From NCBI GenBank assembly GCA_964610335.1, contig CAZSVP010000001.1, positions 223,442-287,441 of the forward strand: a DNA stretch of 64,000 nucleotides, in the 5' to 3' direction. The notes under the pieces were generated by a model. That model was not told where the DNA came from. It worked only from the letters and a program-made list of their open reading frames with translations, and did not search any database. Source of the DNA: an uncultured Candidatus Saccharibacteria bacterium (GTDB taxonomy: Bacteria; Patescibacteriota; Saccharimonadia; CAILAD01; BJGX01). This document shows positions 10,026 to 19,426 of the stretch, in pieces. Positions within the stretch are counted from its first letter, which is position 1; each line of letters opens with the position of its first letter. The position numbers were made by a program, and so were the translations under genes.

Positions 10026-10605
10026 AGAGTTTACAAAGTCCGAGCGTCAATTTACGGCAAACACACTTAGTAAGCTCACTCCATCCCAATGGCAGGATGA
10101 TTCACTTTGTGAAGGCTGGACTGTGGAAGATGTCGCTGCACACTTGATAGTTCGTGAGGGACTAATTGCTCCTATTGGCATAGTCTTTCATAGTTTGCAC
10201 AAGATTCATGACTACGCCATTAGAAGGGTGGAGAACAAAGGCCACGACTATATTATTGCGCGGGTACGCAAATGCCCATGGTATATGCCTGCAGGAGCAA
10301 ATGTGGCAGAGTTCTATGTTCATAATGAAGACATACTACGTGGCGGGCTGCATATTCATAGGCCTATTCCGACTGGAGAATCTGCAGTGCTTTTGTGGAA
10401 CAGCCTCAAAGGTATAGCCAGAATACGGCCAAAACTGGTATCGGATCTGGGAGAGGTAACACTAGTAAACAAACAGACGGGTCAAGAACTTCATGTCAAA
10501 GCTAAGGATGGCGATAAATCTACAACTATCACAGGAGACCCTGGTGAATTGTTATTATACTTTTATGGTCGTCGATCGGCTGCTAAAGTAACAATTATTG
10601 ACTAG
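10015..10605 (+). CDS. DinB_2 / maleylpyruvate-isomerase N-terminal-domain family protein (actinobacterial-type TIGR03083-like)
   Basis: The N-terminal WTVEDVAAHL motif is typical of the MDMPI_N/DinB_2 fold. 196 aa. Confidence 0.4.
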   Translation: MTSKEFTKSERQFTANTLSKLTPSQWQDDSLCEGWTVEDVAAHLIVREGLIAPIGIVFHSLHKIHDYAIRRVENKGHDYIIARVRKCPWYMPAGANVAEFYVHNEDILRGGLHIHRPIPTGESAVLLWNSLKGIARIRPKLVSDLGEVTLVNKQTGQELHVKAKDGDKSTTITGDPGELLLYFYGRRSAAKVTIID

Positions 10606-11257
10606 TATCTCGGCTAACCTTTTTGGCATTCTCAATAAGATCGTTGAGATTGGTTGGAATTGGGTTATCAGCAAGTAGCTGCGCCATATAAATAGTGTTG
10701 GCTACCATGTATCTAGTAGTTTTGTTGGTGTAGAGGTGTTGTTCTCCACCGGCCTCGACATAGCTTGGGCCAGGGCCAGCATCGCCTACCCAATAGGTAT
10801 CCACATTTGGTGGTACAGTGCAGCCCAGGTGGGTAAGGTTATAGAGTGTATTGGCGCAAACATTGTGTGTACCATCTTCATTACCTGTTACAATACAGCC
10901 GGCTACTTTGTTGTAGAGAGGAAACTGTCCAGTAGATTCATCACCTTCAGCATATGTCCCATCGAGCCGCTCCATTACCATCTGACAAACGCTGCTGCGC
11001 ACTCCAAACCAGATAGGGCTTGCCATGATCAGTATGTTGCAGGCTTTGATCTTCTGGAGAATCTCTGGCCATTGGTCACCGTGTCCCTCATCGGAACTTA
11101 TACCAAAACGGACCTTGTAATCTACTACTCGTAGTACTTCAGTTTCTACACCCCGTTCTTCATATAGCTCAACAGCTTTCTGTATTAATGCATCAGTATT
11201 TGACTTGTTAGGTGATGGCTTGAGTGTGCAGTTTAGTATAAGGGCTTTTAGCGCCAT
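10595..11257 (-). CDS. NAD(P)H-dependent FMN reductase / flavodoxin-like oxidoreductase
   Basis: Flavodoxin-like fold sequence (LILNCTLKPSP..., LIMASPIWFG). Confidence 0.7.
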   Translation of the reverse strand: MALKALILNCTLKPSPNKSNTDALIQKAVELYEERGVETEVLRVVDYKVRFGISSDEGHGDQWPEILQKIKACNILIMASPIWFGVRSSVCQMVMERLDGTYAEGDESTGQFPLYNKVAGCIVTGNEDGTHNVCANTLYNLTHLGCTVPPNVDTYWVGDAGPGPSYVEAGGEQHLYTNKTTRYMVANTIYMAQLLADNPIPTNLNDLIENAKKVSRDTSQ

Positions 11258-11278
11258 GTTGTTCTCCTATTAATTCTA

Positions 11279-11920
11279 TTGAATATTCTAACATGGTTGT
11301 ATAATGCAGTTATGAGTAACGGCGAGGGCAGTGGCCCACATGATCCAACAGACCAAGACAAACCAACAGAGGGTGAACTTCGGGCTGCAGATGAATGGGA
11401 GGGGCGTGAACGGCGCATGGTAGAGGAATTGCACGACCAAGATGTTGCGCGCCTAGAAGCCGAGGAAGCACGCCAGCAGCAGGCAATTCTAGCACAACTC
11501 GATCAGGCAGACCAAGCAGTGGCCGATAGTATCGAAAGTGCACAACGAGATGCTGTACTAGCCGAGGAGGCACGACGGGATCAAGAAAAGCTACGACAAT
11601 TACGCAAAGAGCAACAGGGCATACGAGCTATGAAGTGGGAGCAAGAGCGTATGTTGCAAGAGCAACGGGAAATAATTGCAGAGCGATTTCGTAAATTGGT
11701 TGGTGGACAGGAGCCAAGTGAAATTGATGAAAACCTTCAATCAGATGATCCAGAAGTTAGAATGCGAGCGTATCGTGATATGGTTGATAAGATCCGGCTA
11801 AAGCAAGGGTTACCATTGAGAAGATCTAATGTAGACACCAGTAATTCTGAGCCTGAAGTGTCAAGTAATCGAGTAGATAAGCATCAAGCTATGAGAGACA
11901 GAGCAGCAGATAGTATTTAG
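11279..11920 (+). CDS. Hypothetical charged coiled-coil protein (E/R/Q-rich)
   Basis: 213 aa of low complexity with charged repeats. Confidence 0.45.
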   Translation: MNILTWLYNAVMSNGEGSGPHDPTDQDKPTEGELRAADEWEGRERRMVEELHDQDVARLEAEEARQQQAILAQLDQADQAVADSIESAQRDAVLAEEARRDQEKLRQLRKEQQGIRAMKWEQERMLQEQREIIAERFRKLVGGQEPSEIDENLQSDDPEVRMRAYRDMVDKIRLKQGLPLRRSNVDTSNSEPEVSSNRVDKHQAMRDRAADSI

Positions 11921-11933
11921 TATAAGGAGGGTT

Positions 11934-12413
11934 ATGGCAAAGCAACTTGAACTAGCGGATTTTGGAGGTGGGTGCTTTTGGGGAGTGGAAGAAGTTTTTC
12001 GCACAGCCAAGGGAGTAGTTAAGACCCAAGTAGGCTATGAGGGTGGCCATGTTGCCAATCCCACATATGAGCAAGTAAGTAGTCACACTACAGGTCACGC
12101 CGAAACAGTGCAAGTCTCGTTTGATCCTGACAAAATTAGCTACACAGAGTTACTAGACTTATTTTTTGACCATCACGATCCTACTCAGGTAAATGGGCAG
12201 GGTCCAGACATAGGTGAAAATTACCGTAGTGTGATATTCTACCGCAGCGACGAGCAAAAGAAGCAAGCTGAAGCTAAGATTGTCGAGCTTGATAAATCAG
12301 GTAAATTTAGCAAGCCAATAGCCACTATGGTAGTACCGGCTAGCAATTTTTGGTTAGCCGAAGATTATCATCAACAATATCTACATAAACGAAATCTTGA
12401 TGTTTGTTATTAA
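11934..12413 (+). CDS. msrA: Peptide methionine (S)-S-oxide reductase MsrA
   Basis: GGGCFWGVEEVF active-site motif. RBS aaggaggg. Confidence 0.85.
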   Translation: MAKQLELADFGGGCFWGVEEVFRTAKGVVKTQVGYEGGHVANPTYEQVSSHTTGHAETVQVSFDPDKISYTELLDLFFDHHDPTQVNGQGPDIGENYRSVIFYRSDEQKKQAEAKIVELDKSGKFSKPIATMVVPASNFWLAEDYHQQYLHKRNLDVCY

Positions 12414-13069
12414 CGACTGAGCTTGGTTAGTATCTCTAAGTCAAGCTCATCAAAACTATCAATAATCATGTCTGCCTCGTGCAGGTCTTCAACTGTATTG
12501 AAGCCGTTGTGGTAGCCCACAGCTGTCATGCCGGCAGCGTGGGCGGCAGCAATTCCAGATGCGGCGTCTTCTACTACCACACAATGGCTTGGTGAGATGC
12601 TAAGTTTATGAGCGGCTGTGAGGTATATATCGGGCGATGGCTTGCCATGGACTACATCATCAGCCGTAACAACCTCTTTGAAGAACGGTGTGAGCTGATT
12701 CTTGCGTAGTAACACCTTGGCAACAGAGCGTTTAGAACCTGTGGCCACGGCCATTGGTACACCTTGGTCATATAGTGAGCTAAGAAGTTGAGGAAGTTGC
12801 TTGCTCATGAGTAACTCATGCTTCTGGTAGTATAGGTCACGTTCTAATTTAATCTGGTTGGCAAGCTTGGTGTTGTCTATGTTGACTCCAAACTGGCTTT
12901 CAAACACCTTCACTACGTCGTCAAACTCCATGCCGAGTATTTGTTGGAAAGCATGCTTGGAGAGTTCTATACCACTCTCATGCAAGTAGCTATGCCATAG
13001 TTTGTAGTTGAACGGTATTGTGTCCACAAGTACACCGTCCATATCAAATATGACTGCTAGTTTCTTCAT
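12410..13069 (-). CDS. HAD-superfamily hydrolase (beta-phosphoglucomutase-like)
   Basis: DMDGVLVDT motif I. 219 aa. Confidence 0.8.
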   Translation of the reverse strand: MKKLAVIFDMDGVLVDTIPFNYKLWHSYLHESGIELSKHAFQQILGMEFDDVVKVFESQFGVNIDNTKLANQIKLERDLYYQKHELLMSKQLPQLLSSLYDQGVPMAVATGSKRSVAKVLLRKNQLTPFFKEVVTADDVVHGKPSPDIYLTAAHKLSISPSHCVVVEDAASGIAAAHAAGMTAVGYHNGFNTVEDLHEADMIIDSFDELDLEILTKLSR

Positions 13070-13178
13070 AAGTCATATTATACCTCAATCTAAAGATACT
13101 AATGGTTAGCTTTTGCGAGACGGTTTGATATACTTACGGCGGAACTGTACACCTTGAGAATTGGGGAGGTGAACCCCC

Positions 13179-13574
13179 ATGCTACGAACCAAGTGTATCT
13201 TTGCCGAAGCTGAGCCCGATGACGGGTTGAGGATATCGGTGATGAGTCGGCACACGCTCGATGACGGGGTTACCCCAGACTTGCGCATCACTGTCGACTC
13301 GTTCGACTACCACTGGACGGTGTACGCGCCCAATCCTCAGTTGATCGGGAGCTACCTGCGCGACGAGGTCGACTGGACTGAATTTGACCAGCAATATCGC
13401 CAGGCGCAGCGCATGCCCGAACAAGTCGAGAAGCTCTGGACACTGATTCAGTGGGCAGAGGAGCGCAACATCACACTGCTGTGTAAGGAGGCCACTCCCG
13501 AACAGTGCCATCGTCGACTGTTAGCCGAAGAATGTCAGCTGCTCGACCCAACCCTGCAAGTCCATATCGCCTGA
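13179..13574 (+). CDS. DUF488 family protein (high-GC islet)
   Basis: The C-terminal ITLLCKEATPEQCHRRLLAEE matches the DUF488 signature. Strong RBS ggggagg and GC-rich codons. Confidence 0.55.
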   Translation: MLRTKCIFAEAEPDDGLRISVMSRHTLDDGVTPDLRITVDSFDYHWTVYAPNPQLIGSYLRDEVDWTEFDQQYRQAQRMPEQVEKLWTLIQWAEERNITLLCKEATPEQCHRRLLAEECQLLDPTLQVHIA

Positions 13575-13587
13575 AGGAGGCACCGCA

Positions 13588-13911
13588 ATGCCCGACATCA
13601 AACACCCTGGTCTATACAGTCTGTGGCTGTATGTTGACCGTGACAACGGTGCTCGTTTCACCTTCGTGGAGGTGACGGAGACCAGCACGTACGGTGCACC
13701 AGATGGCCATGTGGGAATGAAGTGGTACTCACTCAATGGTTGCACCGACAACCGAGAGTATGTGCACCGCGAAATTCCCGAAGAGATCCGGCGCCTCACC
13801 ATCGTCAAGTTCTGGCAGCTGGTGGATGAGCGCAAACTCATCTTCCTGAAGGAGCACCCTGGTGAGCACTTCGCGCCTGAGCCGATCTTGCAAGTCGGCG
13901 ACAAGGTCTGA
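13588..13911 (+). CDS. Hypothetical protein (high-GC islet)
   Basis: 107 aa. RBS aaggagg. No recognisable domain. Confidence 0.45.
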   Translation: MPDIKHPGLYSLWLYVDRDNGARFTFVEVTETSTYGAPDGHVGMKWYSLNGCTDNREYVHREIPEEIRRLTIVKFWQLVDERKLIFLKEHPGEHFAPEPILQVGDKV

Positions 13912-13927
13912 ACCCCAAGGACAACCC

Positions 13928-14086
13928 ATGCATGACCACCCCAACCCCTGTGAGAAGTGCAAGGAGCTCGGCGCGCCCACCGAGGGCATGACCAAGATGT
14001 GCCGTCACTGTGCCGGCAACTTCTGCTTCGGCCACATCACGGCTCACGAAGAGCAATGCGATGGGCCGATGAACCGCGACGACTGA
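13928..14086 (+). CDS. Small zinc-ribbon protein (high-GC islet)
   Basis: 52 aa from ATG 13928 (in frame with track ORF 13862..14086). Cys pattern CEKC...CRHC..C..H. Confidence 0.4.
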   Translation: MHDHPNPCEKCKELGAPTEGMTKMCRHCAGNFCFGHITAHEEQCDGPMNRDD

Positions 14087-14215
14087 GCACGGTTCGAACA
14101 CCGTCTGGGAGACTGCCCAGGCGGCTCCCTTCCAAGTGCTCAACCGGTTGAGTGTTTAGAAGGAAGCAACGCGATGCTATAATGCCCTTAAGCTAACATA
14201 AGGACTATAAAAATT

Positions 14216-14638
14216 ATGCGCATGAAGTATCGTTCGCTACTATCGATCTTGCTACTCAACATCATTACTCTCGGGCTATACCAGATCTACTGGTACTTCA
14301 TAACCAAAACCGAGATGAACACGTTAAACAAACGTGAATTGAAAGTGCCATTCTTTCTATGGTTTTTTATACCAATCATCAATATCTGGTGGTTTTGGCG
14401 ATGGGCTAAGGCGATTGAGGCTACCACCAAAGGCTTGATCGGTAGATGGGCAGCCTTTCTGGCGCCGTTTGTGATTGCGCTGGCTGTAAGCGTATTCTTC
14501 GGAATTACCGGACCGTTCAATATATATACCGACTCACTAACAAGCACACATTTCTTGCTTCAGGTGGCATTTGCCAACATCATTATCTTGCTGCCAGTTT
14601 TTTACTATCAATCCAATCTCAACAAAGTAGCTCGCTAG
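14216..14638 (+). CDS. DUF4234-like small membrane protein
   Basis: 140 aa, 4 TM, LGLYQIYWYF-type motif. Confidence 0.45.
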   Translation: MRMKYRSLLSILLLNIITLGLYQIYWYFITKTEMNTLNKRELKVPFFLWFFIPIINIWWFWRWAKAIEATTKGLIGRWAAFLAPFVIALAVSVFFGITGPFNIYTDSLTSTHFLLQVAFANIIILLPVFYYQSNLNKVAR

Positions 14639-14665
14639 AAACCACAAATAAGTTACAATAGGGCA

Positions 14666-15913
14666 ATGAATAGTCCGCAAAATCATCAAGCAATCATTTT
14701 GGCACGTGGCGGGGGCGGAGGCTCTAGCTCTGGCGGTGGAGGAGGTGGTGGTAGTAGCAGTAGTAGCCATAGCTCAAGTTATTCGAGTTCTGGCTCGGGG
14801 TCTGGCTCTAGTGCTCCTGGATGGGTTACGTGGCTATTCATTTTTGGCTTTGTCGGTATATGGATACTAATTATGGTGTTTTCCGCAAGAGCTAAGAAAA
14901 AGTCAGGCTCGACCCCACCAGCTGGCTTTGTTGATGCTAAGGATCTAGAAAATGAAGATCAAAAAGCTTTGGCTTCACGCGCCAATGATGTTTTTATGAA
15001 GTTTCAACAGGCATGGATGGAATTTGATCTTACTACTATGAAGAAAGTTACTTCACCAAGCTATTATGCCAAGATGGCGCTAGAGCTCAATGTACTCAAA
15101 AACTATCAACGCAAGAATTTGATGGAGAATACAGAGATACTAGGAACTTATATAGGCCAAAGCGAGAGTTACACAGATGAGTTTAGGGTGTTCTTTCGAG
15201 CTAAGTCCAACGATAAACTGATTGATACCAAAGAAAATAAGGAAATATTTACAGATAACAGCGAGTTTACGGAGATTTGGAATTTTGTAAAAGTAGGCAA
15301 GGAGTATGTACTGGATCGTATCGATCAGACTACAGCTGATGCAAGTAAGTTCGATGAGGGTATAGCTCAGTTTGCTAGCTCCAACAATTACTTTTATGAC
15401 CCCGACTTTGGTTGGCTGATGATGCCAACCCGAGGTGCAATATTTGGTCCGACTGGTTTTGGGAATGCCGACATCAACAATCATGTGATAGGTAGTTATG
15501 GCAAGGCAAATAAACAAAAGATTGTAGAGTTCTACAGTTATGAGCCCAAGGCTGGCATGGGTATGTCGCCCATCACGGTAGCTCAGGCCATACTACCTAA
15601 ACACTACGACGATATTTTGGTGACAGAAAAGAGCTGGTATAGATTCAAGCCTAAGGGCAAAGGCTTGGAGAAGGTTGAGACAGAGAGTGTGGAGTATAAC
15701 AAAAAGTTCGCAGTGTGGGCTGCTAAACCAGATAGAGCAACCAGTTTTGAGCTGCTAGCTACTAACTTCATGGAGCGGATTTACAAACTCGACTTCGAAG
15801 TGAACATAGAGGTGGTGGACAACGTGTTGTATTTGTATAGCCCCGACCACAAGCCAAACTATGCTGAGATGCAGGAGGTATTGAGCTGGGCATTTGAGGA
15901 GATGAAGTTGTAA
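14666..15913 (+). CDS. Tim44-like domain protein with a Gly/Ser-rich N-terminus and one TM helix
   Basis: GS low-complexity stretch followed by a TM helix. The C-terminal region resembles the bacterial Tim44-like domain (WMEFD...FTEIW). Confidence 0.55.
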   Translation: MNSPQNHQAIILARGGGGGSSSGGGGGGGSSSSSHSSSYSSSGSGSGSSAPGWVTWLFIFGFVGIWILIMVFSARAKKKSGSTPPAGFVDAKDLENEDQKALASRANDVFMKFQQAWMEFDLTTMKKVTSPSYYAKMALELNVLKNYQRKNLMENTEILGTYIGQSESYTDEFRVFFRAKSNDKLIDTKENKEIFTDNSEFTEIWNFVKVGKEYVLDRIDQTTADASKFDEGIAQFASSNNYFYDPDFGWLMMPTRGAIFGPTGFGNADINNHVIGSYGKANKQKIVEFYSYEPKAGMGMSPITVAQAILPKHYDDILVTEKSWYRFKPKGKGLEKVETESVEYNKKFAVWAAKPDRATSFELLATNFMERIYKLDFEVNIEVVDNVLYLYSPDHKPNYAEMQEVLSWAFEEMKL

Positions 15914-15915
15914 CG

Positions 15916-16176
15916 ATGGTCAAACGAAGTCAAAACAAGCTAATAGGCGAGGTGGTTGGGTGGTATGGCACGGCAGCAATAATAAGTGCCTACGCGCTAG
16001 TAAGCTTTAATATCATATACGCCGATTCGGTAGTCTATCAGTTATTAAACCTAACAGGCGCGGTTGGGATAATAGTAATCTCGGTAATCAAAGGGCTACG
16101 CCAAACAGTTGTACTAAATGTGTTTTGGCTAATAATAGCTATTGTGGCGCTTGCAAGGATACTGTTAATAAGATGA
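15916..16176 (+). CDS. Small membrane protein (2-3 TM)
   Basis: 86 aa and hydrophobic. Overlaps the next gene start. Confidence 0.4.
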   Translation: MVKRSQNKLIGEVVGWYGTAAIISAYALVSFNIIYADSVVYQLLNLTGAVGIIVISVIKGLRQTVVLNVFWLIIAIVALARILLIR

Positions 16177-16799
16177 GTGATAACTTTGATATTACCAAAC
16201 TGTTTCCCAGGCTTTACAAGGCCGATCCCAAGGAGCCTGTACTCATACACGTGCCAGCGCTCCGAGTGTTAGCAATCTCTGGTGAAGGCGATCCCAATAC
16301 TGAGTCGTTCCAACATGCAGTGGAGGCATTATACAGTACGGCATATGGTATCAAGTTTATGCCTAAGCGTGGTCCTGTACCCGAAGGTTTTGTAGACTTC
16401 AAAGTATCGCCACTCGAAGCTTTGTGGAGCATGAAAGATGGCAAAGAGTTCGACGCAAGTAAGCCTGATCAGTGGCACTGGGAGGCATTCTTGGTGGTCC
16501 CAGGGTTTGTTACACAGAATTTGGCACAAAACGCTGCTAAAGCCATGTCTGAAAAGCATCCTAACCCACAGTTTGATAACTTACACATCAAAACCCTAGA
16601 AGAAAAGCAGGCTGTACAAATCATGCATGTAGGCTCATACAAGAACGAAACTGCCGACATCGCCCTCATGCGTTCGTTTATGGAAAGTCATGATCTTAAG
16701 CCATCTTCTGCTCACCATGAGATATATTTGAGCGATCCGCGTCGAGTTGCTACCTCGCGGCTCAAGACTATCTTGCGTCAACCCGTGATTAAGAAGTAG
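16173..16799 (+). CDS. GyrI-like small-molecule-binding domain protein
   Basis: Start at MSDNF. Composition and length are GyrI-like. Confidence 0.5.
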   Translation: MSDNFDITKLFPRLYKADPKEPVLIHVPALRVLAISGEGDPNTESFQHAVEALYSTAYGIKFMPKRGPVPEGFVDFKVSPLEALWSMKDGKEFDASKPDQWHWEAFLVVPGFVTQNLAQNAAKAMSEKHPNPQFDNLHIKTLEEKQAVQIMHVGSYKNETADIALMRSFMESHDLKPSSAHHEIYLSDPRRVATSRLKTILRQPVIKK

Positions 16800-16840
16800 T
16801 TTCTTTGCATCAGATTTAGTAAAACTGTTATGCTATATGT

Positions 16841-18064
16841 ATGTCAGAAATACCTAGATCTCCTCTTGAAGACGATGAAACAACTACAAGCCGCTCGCCA
16901 AAGCCGAGTAAGGCTAAGCGAATTCTAACAACCGGCGCTGTGCTGGCTAGCTTACCTGGAGTAGCACATGCCACCACAACCGAACAAGGCCAGGTTCAGA
17001 CTGCTACTCCAAGAGTAGAGTTTGTGCAGACTCCAGTAGTTCAACATACAACAGCTCATGAATCAGCTAGCGTGAGTGTACCACAGGCAGAAATCTATGC
17101 GCGCGGATTCTCTCAAGATCCAAATGCTGGCAAGACGGTCAACCCGAACTCAGTTACTGAGACAATTAACACACTTAGGCAGCAGATCCCTGCAGAATCA
17201 ACAATAACAAATATACAGGTTACAGGAGGTGCTTCGGCTGAAGATGAGCATCACGATGATTTGGGTGGTGTCCAAGAACCTAGTGAGCCAAATCGACTGT
17301 TGGCAGAAACACGGGCCAATGTTTATGTTACTGAGTTTGATCCTCGTCTTCGACAAGAATTGACGAGTAAGGGAGTTGAAATACCAGACAATGTTGAGAC
17401 TAAAGTCGATGCTGTGGAAGATTTTTTGAAAGACAATGAGGTGTTGAGTATAAATGAGGTCATTGCCAGTACGGGCTATCATGGTACAGTCAATGATCTT
17501 TTAGAACAGTACAATACTGGTCAAACAATACCTTCAGAGGCCAAGATACTACTTGACCACTTCATACGCGACCGTCGCAAAGTGACAGTAACAGTTGATT
17601 TTAGCAGGCCAGTAGATCAGGCGGTCCAAGCTTATGTATATAAACCGGTTTTAAGATTGGAAACCACCACTGTACCAACTGAAAGGCCAGTAGAAAGAAC
17701 AGTATTGACCACCAATGAGCTAATTGGTTATAAGCCAGATAGCCCCGAGCCTGTTAAGCGAATTGACACAGATAGTACGGAGTCTGATCCACGAATTCAA
17801 CGTGGTGTACCAACTGTTGTAGATACCACCGGGAGAACGCCAATTGTTGAACCACCACCTCCACCACCTCCACCTCCACCTGGAGAACGCAGCTATGATG
17901 TATATGCCGGTAGAAGAGCTCAAAACCCTCATAGCTCCAGACCTAGCCAGGCGTTTGAACGAATCAAACAACCAAATACATCGAATTTTGAGCGAGCCAA
18001 AGGTTTAAGGGACAGAAAAGGTCGTGAGACAAAGTCCTCGTACCGTGGCCAAAAGCGTGGCTAG
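16841..18064 (+). CDS. Secreted proline-rich protein (contains a PPPPPPPPPPG run)
   Basis: N-terminal signal-like region AVLASLPGVAHA. Poly-Pro at about 17857-17890. Confidence 0.5.
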   Translation: MSEIPRSPLEDDETTTSRSPKPSKAKRILTTGAVLASLPGVAHATTTEQGQVQTATPRVEFVQTPVVQHTTAHESASVSVPQAEIYARGFSQDPNAGKTVNPNSVTETINTLRQQIPAESTITNIQVTGGASAEDEHHDDLGGVQEPSEPNRLLAETRANVYVTEFDPRLRQELTSKGVEIPDNVETKVDAVEDFLKDNEVLSINEVIASTGYHGTVNDLLEQYNTGQTIPSEAKILLDHFIRDRRKVTVTVDFSRPVDQAVQAYVYKPVLRLETTTVPTERPVERTVLTTNELIGYKPDSPEPVKRIDTDSTESDPRIQRGVPTVVDTTGRTPIVEPPPPPPPPPPGERSYDVYAGRRAQNPHSSRPSQAFERIKQPNTSNFERAKGLRDRKGRETKSSYRGQKRG

Positions 18065-18070
18065 GAGTTA

Positions 18071-18454
18071 CTAGTCTACAACTCGATCGTGAGTATTTGT
18101 ATCCGACTTGGCTTTCTTCTTGTTGGGATTACCAGTTGCGAGAGCAATAATTAGAATTCCAACTAGCATAATCAGTACTGGCTCAAGCACACTTACTTGC
18201 TTGAATACACCAAGACGACCGAGCGTCAGTACAAATCCTAATCCAATCAGTCCGAGCGGGAAGCCCATATGGTCTTTTGATGTCCCGAGTGTGAATAAGC
18301 CTACAAATATCAGGATTACAGGCCAATACATACCAAGTGTGGAATTGAGAGTCAGCTGATTGCCCAGCATGCTCAGGAAGTATAACCCCATTATGATAAT
18401 AAATGCGCCCAGCAAAAATGAAGCAAGTTTTGATTTCATAGCATAATAATACAC
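18071..18454 (-). CDS. Hypothetical integral membrane protein
   Basis: 127 aa, 4 TM. Confidence 0.5.
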   Translation of the reverse strand: MYYYAMKSKLASFLLGAFIIIMGLYFLSMLGNQLTLNSTLGMYWPVILIFVGLFTLGTSKDHMGFPLGLIGLGFVLTLGRLGVFKQVSVLEPVLIMLVGILIIALATGNPNKKKAKSDTNTHDRVVD

Positions 18455-18484
18455 CTTTGGAACAGATAGCGCTAGAATAGTAAT

Positions 18485-19426
18485 ATGCTCAAACCACCAG
18501 CTCGATTTAGTGAAGTGTTTATACTTGGTGTGGGCCGTAGTGGCACCACATTACTAAGAACTATACTCAATGGCCACAGCAAACTATATGTTACTCCCGA
18601 GGCTCACTTTGTGTTACCACTACTCAAGTATAAGAAACATTACGATGTGGCAACAGGATTTGATAAAACTCGCTTCTCGCAAGATCTAATGCAGGCGGGG
18701 AGTTTTACACATTGGCACATGGGTAGCAAAGATATCAACAAAGCATTCTCAGGTGCAGCAAACACCACAGATGCCATTGCCAGACTGTATTGTTACTATG
18801 CAGCTTTGCAAGGTAAGCAAATTGCGATCGACAAGACGCCATCACTTACTCAGCATATTGGTTTTATACTCAAGAACTATCCTAATGCTCGTTTTGTACA
18901 TTTGATTCGAGATGGACGTGATGTAGCAGTATCGCAGTATTCGGCCGGTTGGACTAAATCTGTTGATGAAGCGGCAGTGGACTGGTCGGTGCGAACCAAG
19001 CTTGCACAAAAGGATGGAGTAAAGCTTGGTAAGAAACACTATCTAGAAATTCGCTATGAAGACTTGGTGACTAAGCCAAAAATACAGGTTAAGGCATTAT
19101 GTAGCTGGCTAGGAGTAGCATACGAGCCAAAGATGTTGAAAGATACAAGCTCAAATGCCAAGCAACTACTCGGGAGTGTTTACCAGCCGAATCTTCACAA
19201 CAATTTATTGCAACCTATCAAACCACAAAAGCCCAAAGGAACTGCCGAGCAACGTCGACGTGTGGAACAGATCTCTGCGAAACAGTTGCAGTTGTTGGGC
19301 TATACAACTGTTGATGCATCAAACGCTCAATCAATGTTTACTTATAGTTATCTGCTAACTCGAAAATTTGGTGTTGCAGCACTGCGGCAACTGAGCTGGA
19401 GGTGGCGATTACCAAGAAACTATTAG
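18485..19426 (+). CDS. Sulfotransferase family protein
   Basis: 5-prime PSB motif GVGRSGTTLL and a 3-prime PB-like RDGRDVAVS. Confidence 0.65.
   Translation: MLKPPARFSEVFILGVGRSGTTLLRTILNGHSKLYVTPEAHFVLPLLKYKKHYDVATGFDKTRFSQDLMQAGSFTHWHMGSKDINKAFSGAANTTDAIARLYCYYAALQGKQIAIDKTPSLTQHIGFILKNYPNARFVHLIRDGRDVAVSQYSAGWTKSVDEAAVDWSVRTKLAQKDGVKLGKKHYLEIRYEDLVTKPKIQVKALCSWLGVAYEPKMLKDTSSNAKQLLGSVYQPNLHNNLLQPIKPQKPKGTAEQRRRVEQISAKQLQLLGYTTVDASNAQSMFTYSYLLTRKFGVAALRQLSWRWRLPRNY

Noticed and set aside
13182-14143. Minus-strand and alternative-frame ORFs 13182-13511, 13521-13904, 13729-13995 and 13838-14143 in the DUF488 islet
   Set aside because: They are antisense shadows of three plus-strand genes. 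Those three have ribosome binding sites and coherent domain content (DUF488 signature, zinc ribbon)
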